From positions 3,286,001 through 3,350,000 of the forward strand of contig OZ024759.1 of the NCBI GenBank assembly GCA_964016885.1: 64,000 bases of DNA, written 5' to 3'. The position numbers and the translations under genes were made by a program. The DNA comes from Eledone cirrhosa. Its lineage: Eukaryota. Positions 15,101 through 26,300 of the stretch are shown here, one piece after another; positions within the stretch are counted from its first letter, which is position 1, and each line of letters starts with the position of its first letter. Under the pieces are notes generated by a model. It did no database searches, had not been told where the DNA came from, and saw only the letters and a program-made list of their open reading frames with translations.

Positions 15101-17250
15101 TGGCGGGTTTTCTACAGCTGGATGCCCTTCCTAACACCAACTACGTTTACAGTGTGGAACTGGGAGGTTTTTCCCGTGTTGCCTACACGGCCACATTACA
15201 GCGTGGACTGTCTGGCGGGTTTTCTACAGCTGGATGCCCTTCCTAACACCAACCACATTTACAGTGTGGACTGGGAGATTTTTACCGTGTTGCCTACACG
15301 GCCACATTACAGCGTGGACTGTCTGGCGGGTTTTCTACGGCTGGATGCCCTTCCTAACACCAACCACATTTACAGTGTGGACTGGGAGGTTTTTACCGTG
15401 TTGCCTACACGGCCACATTACAGCGTGGACTGTCTGGCGGGTTATCTACGGCTGGATGCCCTTCCTAACACCAACCACATTTACAGTGTGGAACTGGGAG
15501 GTTTTTACCGTGTTGCCTACACGGCCACATTACAGCGTGGACTGTCTGGCAGGTTTTCTACGGCTGGATGCTATTCCTAACACCAACCACATTTACATTT
15601 TGGACTGGGAGATTTTTACCGTGTTGCCTACACGGCCACATTACAGCGTGGACTGACTGGCGGGTTTTCTACAGCTGGATACTCTTCCTAACACCAACCA
15701 CATTTACAGTGTGGACTGGGAGATTTTTACCGTGTTGCCTACACGGCCACATTACAGCGTGGACTGTCTGGCGGGTTTTCTACGGCTGGATGCCCTTCCT
15801 AACACCAACCACATTTAGTGTGGGGTTGCGAGGTTTTTACTGTGTTGCCTACACGGCCACATTACAGCGTGGACTGTCTGGCGGGTTTTCTACGGCTGGA
15901 TGCCCTTCCTAACACCAACCACATTTACAGTGTGGGGCTGGGAGGTTTTTACTGTGTTGCCTACACAGCCACATTACAGCGTGGACTGTCTGGCGGGTTT
16001 TCTACAGCTGGATGCCCTTCCTAACACCAACTACGTTTACAGTGTGGAACTGGGAGGTTTTTACCGTGTTGCCTACACGGCCACATTACAGCGTGGACTG
16101 TCTGGCGGATTTTCTACGGCTGGATGCCCTTCCTAACACCAACCACATTTACAGTGTGGGGCTGGGAGGTTTTTACTGTGTTGCCTACACAGCCACATTA
16201 CAGCGTGGACTGTCTGGCGGGTTTTCTACAGCTGGATGCGCTTCCTAACACCAACCACATTTACAGTGTGGACTGGGAGGTTTTTACCGGGTTGCCTACA
16301 CGGCCACATTACAGCGTGGACTGTCTGGCGGGTTATCTACGGCTGGATGCCCTTCCTAACACCAACCACATTTACAGTGTGGACTGGGAGGTTTTTACCG
16401 TGTTGCCTACACGGCCACATTACAGCGTGGACTGTCTGGCGGGTTTTCTACAGCTGGATGCCCTTCCTAACACCAACTACGTTTACAGTGTGGAACTGGG
16501 AGGTTTTTCCCGTGTTGCCTACACGGCCACATTACAGCGTGGACTGTCTGGCGGGTTTTCTACAGCTGGATGCCCTTCCTAACACCAACCACATTTACAG
16601 TGTGGACTGGGAGATTTTTACCGTGTTGCCTACACGGCCACATTACAGCGTGGACTGTCTGGCGGGTTTTCTACGGCTGGATGCCCTTCCTAACACCAAC
16701 CACATTTACAGTGTGGACTGGGAGGTTTTTACCGTGTTGCCTACACGGCCACATTACAGCGTGGACTGTCTGGCGGGTTATCTACGGCTGGATGCCCTTC
16801 CTAACACCAACCACATTTACAGTGTGGAACTGGGAGGTTTTTACCGTGTTGCCTACACGGCCACATTACAGTGTGGACTGTCTGGCAGGTTTTCTACGGC
16901 TGGATGCTATTCCTAACACCAACCACATTTACATTTTGGACTGGGAGATTTTTACCGTGTTGCCTACACGGCCACATTACAGCGTGGACTGACTGGCGGG
17001 TTTTCTACAGCTGGATACTCTTCCTAACACCAACCACATTTACAGTGTGGACTGGGAGATTTTTACCGTGTTGCCTACACGGCCACATTACAGCGTGGAC
17101 TGTCTGGCGGGTTTTCTACGGCTGGATGCCCTTCCTAACACCAACCACATTTAGTGTGGGGTTGCGAGGTTTTTACTGTGTTGCCTACACGGCCACATTA
17201 CAGCGTGGACTGTCTGGCGGGTTTTCTACGGCTGGATGCCCTTCCTAACA
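14900..17250. repeat. Higher-order tandem duplication, 12-mer (1336 bp), about 2 copies
   Basis: GGATACTCTTCC occurs only at 15677 and 17013; ORF pairs 15234/16570 and 15818/17154 are offset by 1336. Confidence 0.87.
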
Positions 17251-17339
17251 CCAACCACATTTACATTGTGGACTGGGAGATTTTTACCGTGTTGCCTACA
17301 CTGCCACATTATGCGTGGACTGTCTGGCGGGTTTTCTAC

Positions 17340-20300
17340 GGCTGGATGCCCTTCCTAACACCAACCACATTTACAGTGTGGGGCTGGGAGGTTTTTACTG
17401 TGTTGCCTACACAGCCACATTACAGCGTGGACTGTCTGGCGGGTTTTCTACAGCTGGATGCCCTTCCTAACACCAACTACGTTTACAGTGTGGAACTGGG
17501 AGGTTTTTACCGTGTTGCCTACACGGCCACATTACAGCGTGGACTGTCTGGCGGATTTTCTACGGCTGGATGCCCTTCCTAACACCAACCACATTTACAT
17601 TGTGGGCTGGGAGGTTTTTACCGTGTTGCCTACACGGCCACATTACAGTGTGGACTGTCTGGCGGGTTTTCTACAGCTGGATGCCCTTCCTAACACCAAC
17701 TACGCTTACAGTGTGGAACTGGGAGGTTTTTACCGTGTTGCCTACACGGCCACATTACAGCGTGGACTGTCTGGCGGGTTTTCTACAGCTGGATGCCCTT
17801 CCTAACACCAACCACATTTACATTGTGGACTGGGAGATTTTTACCGTGTTGCCTACACGGCCACATTACAGCGTGGACTGTCTGGCGGGTTTTCTACAGC
17901 TGGATGCCCTTCCTAACACCAACCACATTTACAGTGTTGACTGGGAGATTTTTACCGTGTTGCCTACACGGCCACATTACAGCGTGGACTGTCTGGCGGG
18001 TTTTCTACGGCTGGATGCCCTTCCTAACACCAACCACATTTACAGTGTGGACTGGGAGGTTTTTAACGGGTTGCCTACACGGCCACATTACAGCGTGGAC
18101 TGTGTGGCGGGTTATCTACGGCTGGATGCCCTTCCTAACACCAACCACATTTACAGTGTGGACTGGGAGGTTTTTATCGTGTTGCCTACCAGGCCACATT
18201 ACAGCGTGGACTGTCTGGCGGGTTTTCTACAGCTGGATGCCTTTCCTAACACCAACTACGCTTACAGTGTGGAACTGGGAGGTTTTTACCGTGTTGCCTA
18301 CACGGCCACATTACAGCGTGGACTGTCTGGCGGGTTTTCTACAGCTGGATGCCCTTCCTAACACCAACCACATTTACAGTGTGGACTGGGAGATTTTTAC
18401 CGTGTTGCCTACACGGCCACATTACAGCGTGGACTGTCTGGCGGGTTTTCTACGGCTGGATGCCCTTCCTAACACCAACCACATTTACAGTGAGGACTGG
18501 GAGGTTTTTACCGTGTTGCCTACACGGCCACATTACAGCGTGTACTGTCTGGCGGGTTTTCTACGGCTGGATGCCCTTCCTAATACCAACCACATTTACA
18601 GTGTGGACTGGGAGGTTTTTACCGTGTTGCCTACACGGCCACATTACAGCGTGGACTGTCTGGCGGGTTTTCTACGGCTGGATGCCCTTCCTAACACCAA
18701 CCACATTTAGTGTGGGGTTGCGAGGTTTTTACTGTGTTGCTTACACGGCCACATTATAGCGTGGACTGTCTGGCGGGTTTTCTACAGCTGGATGCCCTTC
18801 CTAACACCAACCACATTTACAGTGTGGACTGGGAGATTTTTACCGTGTTGCCTACACGGCCACATTACAGCGTGGACTCTCTGGCGGGTTATCTACGGCT
18901 GGATGCCCTTCCTAACACCAACCACATTTACAGTGTGGACTGGGAGGTTTTTACCGTGTTGCCTACACGGCCACATTACAGCGTGGACTGTCTGGCGGGT
19001 TTTCTACAGCTGGATGCCCTTCCTAACACCAACTACGTTTACAGTGTGGAACTGGGAGGTTTTTCCCGTGTTGCCTACACGGCCACATTACAGCGTGGAC
19101 TGTCTGGCGGGTTTTCTACAGCTGGATGCCCTTCCTAACACCAACCACATTTACAGTGTGGACTGGGAGATTTTTACCGTGTTGCCTACACGGCCACATT
19201 ACAGCGTGGACTGTCTGGCGGGTTTTCTACGGCTGGATGCCCTTCCTAACACCAACCACATTTACAGTGTGGACTGGGAGGTTTTTACCGTGTTGCCTAC
19301 ACGGCCACATTACAGCGTGGACTGTCTGGCGGGTTATCTACGGCTGGATGCCCTTCCTAACACCAACCACATTTACAGTGTGGAACTGGGAGGTTTTTAC
19401 CGTGTTGCCTGCACGGCCACATTACAGCGTGGACTGTCTGGCGGGTTTTCTACGGCTGGATGCTATTCCTAACACCAACCACATTTACATTTTGGACTGG
19501 GAGATTTTTACCGTGTTGCCTACACGGCCACATTACAGCGTGGACTGTCTGGCGGGTTATTTACGGATGGATGCCCTTCCTAACACCAACCACATTTACA
19601 GTGTGGACTGGGAGGTTTTTACCGTGTTGCCTACACGGCTACATTACAGCGTGGACTGTCTGGCGGGTTTTCTACGGCTGGATGCCCTTCCTAACACCAA
19701 CTACTTTTACAGTGTGGAACTGGGAGGTTTTTAGCGTGTTGCCTACACGGCCACATTACAGCGTGGACTGTCTGGCGGGTTTTCTACGGCTGGATGCCCT
19801 TCCTAACACCAACTACGTTTACAGTGTGGAACTGGGAGGTTTTTAGCGTGTTGCCTACACGGCCACATTACAGCGTGGACTGTCTGGCGGGTTTTCTACA
19901 GTTGGATGCCCTTCCTAACACCAACCACATTTACAGTGTGGACTGGGTGGTTTTTACCGTGTTGCCTACACGGCCACATTACAGCGTGGACTGCCTGGCG
20001 GGTTATCTACGGCTGGATGCCCTTCCTAACACCAACCACATTTACAGTGTGGACTGGGAGGTTTTTACCGTGTTGCCTACACGGCCACATTACAGCGTGG
20101 ACTGTCTGGCGGGTTTTCTACGGCTGGATGCCCTTCCTAACACCAACCACATTTACAGTGTGGGGCTGGGAGGTTTTTACCGTGTTGCCTGCACAGCCAC
20201 ATTACAGCGTGGACTGTCTGGCGTGTTTTCTACAGCTGGATGCCCTTCCTAACACCAACTACGTTTACAGTGTGGAACTGGGAGATTTTTACAGTGTTGC

Positions 20301-23300
20301 CTACACGGCCACATTACAGCGTGGACTGACTGGCGGGTTTTCTACAGCTGGATGCTCTTCCTAACACCAACCACATTTACAGTGTGGACTGGGAGATTTT
20401 TACTGTGTTGCCTACACGGCCACATTACAGCGTGGACTGTCTGGCGGGTTTTCTACGGCTGGATGCCCTTCCTAACACCAACCACATTTAGTGTGGGGTT
20501 GCGAGGTTTTTACCGTGTTGCCTACACGGCCACATTACAGCGTGGACTGTCTGGCGGGTTTTCTACGGCTGGATGCCCTTCCTAACACCAACCACATTTA
20601 CAGTGTGGGGCTGGGAAGTTTTTACCGTGTTGCCTGCACAGCCACATTACAGCGTGGACTGTCTGGCGGGTTTTCTACAGCTGGATGCCCTTCCTAACAC
20701 CAACTACGTTTACAGTGTGGAACTGGGAGGTATTTACCGTGTTGCCTACACGGCCACATTACAGCGTGGACTGTCTGGCGGGTTTTCTACGGCTGGATGC
20801 CCTTCCTAACACCAACCACATTTACAGTGTGGGCTGGGGGGTTTTTACCGTGTTGCCTACACGGCCACATTACAGCGTGGACTGTCTGGCGGGTTTTCTA
20901 CAGCTGGATGCCCTTCCTAACACCAACTACGCTTACAGTGTGGAACTGGGAGGTTTTTTCCGTGTTGCCTACACGGCCACATTACAGCGTGGACTGTCTG
21001 GCGGGTTTTCTACAGCTGGATGCCCTTCCTAACACCAACCACATTTACAGTGTGGACTGGGAGGTTTTTACCGTGTTGCCTACACGGCCACATTACAGCG
21101 TGGACTGTCTGGCGGGTTTTCTACGGCTGGATGCCCTTCCTAACACCAACCACATTTAGTGTGGGGTTGCGAGGTTTTTACTGTGTTGCCTACACGGCCA
21201 CATTACAGCGTGGACTGTCTGGCGGGTTTTCTACGGCTGGATGCCCTTCCTAACACCAACCACATTTACATTGTGGACTGGGAGATTTTTACCGTGTTGC
21301 CTACACTGCCACATTATGCGTGGACTGTCTGGCGGGTTTTCTACGGCTGGATGCCCTTCCTAACACCAACCACATTTACAGTGTGGGGCTGGGAGGTTTT
21401 TACTGTGTTGCCTACACAGCCACATTACAGCGTGGACTGTCTGGCGGGTTTTCTACAGCTGGATGCCCTTCCTAACACCAACTACGTTTACAGTGTGGAA
21501 CTGGGAGGTTTTTACCGTGTTGCCTACACGGCCACATTACAGCGTGGACTGTCTGGCGGATTTTCTACGGCTGGATGCCCTTCCTAACACCAACCACATT
21601 TACATTGTGGGCTGGGAGGTTTTTACCGTGTTGCCTACACGGCCACATTACAGTGTGGACTGTCTGGCGGGTTTTCTACAGCTGGATGCCCTTCCTAACA
21701 CCAACTACGCTTACAGTGTGGAACTGGGAGGTTTTTACCGTGTTGCCTACACGGCCACATTACAGCGTGGACTGTCTGGCGGGTTTTCTACAGCTGGATG
21801 CCCTTCCTAACACCAACCACATTTACATTGTGGACTGGGAGATTTTTACCGTGTTGCCTACACGGCCACATTACAGCGTGGACTGTCTGGCGGGTTTTCT
21901 ACGGCTGGATGCCCTTCCTAACACCAACCACATTTACAGTTTGGGCTGGGAGGTTTTTACCGTGTTGCCTACACGGCCACATTACAGCGTTGACTGTCTG
22001 GCGGGTTTTCTACAGCTGGATGCCCTTCCTAACACCAACCACATTTACAGTGTGGACTGGGAGGTTTTACCGTGTTGCCTACACGGCCACATTACAGCGT
22101 GGACTGTCTGGCGGGTTTTCTACGGCTGGATGCCCTTCCTAACACCAACCACATTTACAGTGTGGACTGGGAGGTTTTTACCGTGTTGCCTACACGGCCA
22201 CATTACAGCGTGGACTGTCTGGCGGGTTTTCTACGGCTGGATGCCCTTCCTAACACCAACCACATTTACAGTGTGGACTGGGAGGTTTTTACCGTGTTGC
22301 CTACAAGGCCACATTACAGCGTGGACTGTCTGGCGGGTTTTCTACGGCTGGATGCCCTTCCTAACACCAACCACATTTACAGTGTGGACTGGGAGGTTTT
22401 TACCGTGTTGCCTACACGGCCACATTACAGCGTGGACTGTCTGGCGGGTTTTCTACAGCTGGATGCCCTTCCTAACACCAACCACATTTACAGTGTGGAC
22501 TGGGAGGTTTTTACCGTGTTGCCTACAAGGCCACATTACAGCGTGGACTGTCTGGCGGGTTTTCTACGGCTGGATGCCCTTCCTAACACCAACCACATTT
22601 AGTGTGGGGTTCCGAGGTTTTTACCGTGTTGCCTACACGGCCACATTACAGCGTGGACTGTCTGGCGGGTTTTCTACGGCTGGATGCCCTTCCTAACACC
22701 AACCACATTTACAGTGTGGGGCTGGGAGGTTTTTACCGTGTTGCCTGCACAGCCACATTACAGCGTGGACTGTCTGGCGGGTTTTCTACAGCTGGATGCC
22801 CTTCCTAACACCAACTACGCTTACAGTGTGGAACTGGGAGGTTTTTTCCGTGTTGCCTACACGGCCACATTACAGCGTGGACTGTCTGGCGGGTTTTCTA
22901 CAGCTGGATGCCCTTCCTAACATCAACCACATTTACAGTGTGGACTGGGAGGTTTTACCGTGTTGCCTACACGGCCACATTACAGCGTGGACTGTCTGGC
23001 GGGTTTTCTACGGCTGGATGCCCTTCCTAACACCAACCACATTTACAGTGTGGACTGGGAGGTTTTTACCGTGTTGCCTACACGGCCACATTACAGCGTG
23101 GACTGTCTGGCGGGTTTTCTACGGCTGGATGCCCTTCGTAACACCAACCACATTTACAGTGTGGGGCTGGGAGGTTTTTACCGTGTTGCCTACACGGCCA
23201 CATTACAGCGTGGACTGTCTGGCGGGTTTTGTACGGCTGGATGCCCTTCCTAACACCAACCACATTTACAGTGTGGGCTGGGAGGTTTTTACCGTGTTGC

Positions 23301-26300
23301 CTACACGGCCACATTACAGCGTGGACTGTCTGGCAGGTTTTCTACGGCTGGATGCCTTTCCTAACACCAACCACATTTACAGTGTGGGGCTGGGAGGTTT
23401 TTACCGTGTTGCCTACACGGCCACATTACAGCGTGGATTGTCTGGCGGGTTTTCTACAGCTGGATGCCCTTCCTAACACCAACCACATTTACAGTGTGGG
23501 GCTGGGAGGTTTTTACCGTGTTGCCTACACGACCACATTACAGCATGGACTGTCTGGCGGGTTTTCTACAGCTGGATGCTCTTCCTAACACCAACCACAT
23601 TTACAGTGTGGACCGAGACGTTTTTACCGTGTTTCCTACACGGCCACATTACAGCGTGGACTGACTGGCGGGTTTTCTACAGCTGGATGCCCTTCTTAAC
23701 ACCAACCACATTTACAGTGTGGACTGGGAGGTTTTTACCGTGTTGCCTACACGGCCACATTACAGCGTGGACTGTCTGGCGGGTTTTCTACGGCTGGATG
23801 CCCTTCCTAACACCAACCACATTTACAGTGTGGGGCTGGGAGGTTTTTACCGTGTTGCCTGCACAGCCACATTACAGCGTGGACTGTCTGGCGGGTTTTC
23901 TACAGCTGGATGCCCTTCCTAACACCAACTACGTTTACAGTGTGGAACTGGGAGGTATTTACCGTGTTGCCTACACGGCCACATTACAGCGTGGACTGTC
24001 TGGCGGGTTTTCTACGGCTGGATGCCCTTCCTAACACCAACCACATTTACAGTGTGGGCTGGGGGGTTTTTACCGTGTTGCCTACACGGCCACATTACAG
24101 CGTGGACTGTCTGGCGGGTTTTCTACAGCTGGATGCCCTTCCTAACACCAACTACGCTTACAGTGTGGAACTGGGAGGTTTTTTCCGTGTTGCCTACACG
24201 GCCACATTACAGCGTGGACTGTCTGGCGGGTTTTCTACAGCTGGATGCCCTTCCTAACACCAACCACATTTACAGTGTGGACTGGGAGGTTTTACCGTGT
24301 TGCCTACACGGCCACATTACAGCGTGGACTGTCTGGCGGGTTTTCTACGGCTGGATGCCCTTCCTAACACCAACCACATTTACAGTGTGGACTGGGAGGT
24401 TTTTACCGTGTTGCCTACACGGCCACATTACAGCGTGGACTGTCTGGCGGGTTTTCTGCGGCTGGATGCCCTTCCTAACACCAACCACATTTACAGTGTG
24501 GACTGGGAGGTTTTTACCGTGTTGCCTACAAGGCCACATTACAGCGTGGACTGTCTGGCGGGTTTTCTACGGCTGGATGCCCTTCCTAACACCAACCACA
24601 TTTACATTGTGGACTGGGAGATTTTTCCCGTGTTGCCTACACGGCCACATTACAGCGTGGACTGACTGGCGGGTTTTCTACAGCTGGATGCTCTTCCTAA
24701 CACCAACCACATTTACAGTGTGGACTGGGAGGTTTTTACCGTGTTGCCTACACGGCCACATTACAGCGTGGACTGTCTGGCGGGTTATCTACGGCTGGAT
24801 GCCCTTCCTAACACCAACCACATTTACAGTGTGGACTGGGAGGTTTTTACCGTGTTGCCTACACGGCCACATTACAGCGTGGACTGTCTGGCGGGTTTTC
24901 TACGGCTGGATGCCCTTCCTAACACCAACCACATTTACAGTGTGGGGCTGGGAGGTTTTTCCGTGTTGCCTGCACAGCCACATTACAGCGTGGACTGTCT
25001 GGCGGGTTTTCTACAGCTGGATGCCCTTCCTAACACCAACTACGTTTACAGTGTGGAACTGGGAGGTTTTTACCGTGTTGCCTACACGGCCACATTACAG
25101 CGTGGACTGTCTGGCGGGTTTTCTACGGCTGGATGCCCTTCCTAACACCAACCACATTTACAGTGTGGGCTGGGAGGTTTTTACCGTGTTGCCTACACGG
25201 CCACATTACAGCGTGGACTGTCTGGCGGGTTTTCTACAGCTGGATGCCCTTCCTAACACCAACCACATTTACAGTGTGGACTGGGAGGTTTTACCGTGTT
25301 GCCTACACGGCCACATTACAACGTGGACTGTCTGGCGGGTTTTCTACGGCTGGATGCCCTTCCTAACACCAACCACATTTACAGTGTGGACTGGGAGGTT
25401 TTTACCGTGTTGCCTACACGGCCACATTACAGCGTGGACTGTCTGGCGGGTTTTCTACGGCTGGATGCCCTTCCTAACACCAACCACATTTACAGTGTGG
25501 ACTGGGAGGTTTTTACCGTGTTGCCTACAAGGCCACATTACAGCGTGGACTGTCTGGCGGGTTTTCTACGGCTGGATGCCCTTCCTAACACCAACCACAT
25601 TTACAGTGTGGACTGGGAGGTTTTTACCGTGTTGCCTACACGGCCACATTACAGCGTGGACTGTCTGGCGGGTTTTCTACGGCTGGATGCCCTTCCTAAC
25701 ACCAACCACATTTACAGTGTGGACTGGGAGGTTTTTACCGTGTTGCCTACAAGGCCACATTACAGCGTGGACTGTCTGGCGGGTTTTCTACGGCTGGATG
25801 CCCTTCCTAACACCAACCACATTTAGTGTGGGGTTCCGAGGTTTTTACCGTGTTGCCTACACGGCCACATTACAGCGTGGACTGTCTGGCGGGTTTTCTA
25901 CGGCTGGATGCCCTTCCTAACACCAACCACATTTACAGTGTGGGGCTGGGAGGTTTTTACCGTGTTGCCTGCACAGCCACATTACAGCGTGGACTGTCTG
26001 GCGCGTTTTCTACAGCTGGATGCCCTTCCTAACACCAACTACGCTTACAGTGTGGAACTGGGAGGTTTTTTCCGTGTTGCCTACACGGCCACATTACAGC
26101 GTGGACTGTCTGGCGGGTTTTCTACAGCTGGATGCCCTTCCTAACATCAACCACATTTACAGTGTGGACTGGGAGGTTTTACCGTGTTGCCTACACGGCC
26201 ACATTACAGCGTGGACTGTCTGGCGGGTTTTCTACGGCTGGATGCCCTTCCTAACACCAACCACATTTACAGTGTGGACTGGGAGGTTTTTACCGTGTTG

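Noticed and set aside
22064-22070. 4-T versus 5-T tract differences as sequencing homopolymer errors
   Set aside because: They recur at homologous positions in duplicated blocks (e.g. ~22064/~32854 and ~24290/~34856/~37193/~42866), so most are real variants. Singletons such as the missing A near 24960 remain uncertain.
22138-22142. Telomere-like CCTAA (TTAGG) pentamer
   Set aside because: It occurs once per monomer, is not tandem, and is expected by chance.
22160-22230. G-quadruplex potential or phased T-tract curvature
   Set aside because: There are only two GGG runs per consensus monomer, about 50 bp apart, and only two T-tracts of 4 or more bases per 111 bp; this is too sparse to support either claim.
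22125-22235. Satellite-encoded hammerhead or twister ribozyme (as in newt satellite 2 or schistosome Sm-alpha repeats)
   Set aside because: No CUGANGA core on either strand of the consensus, and no twister-like GCCGGUCCCAAGCCCGG segment was seen. An Infernal/Rfam search would be needed to exclude other ribozyme classes.
22125-22235. CENP-B box, Pol III A/B boxes, tRNA or 5S gene array
   Set aside because: No TTCG-N4-A-N2-CGGG and no GTTCGA-type B box; no cloverleaf or 5S similarity is recognisable.
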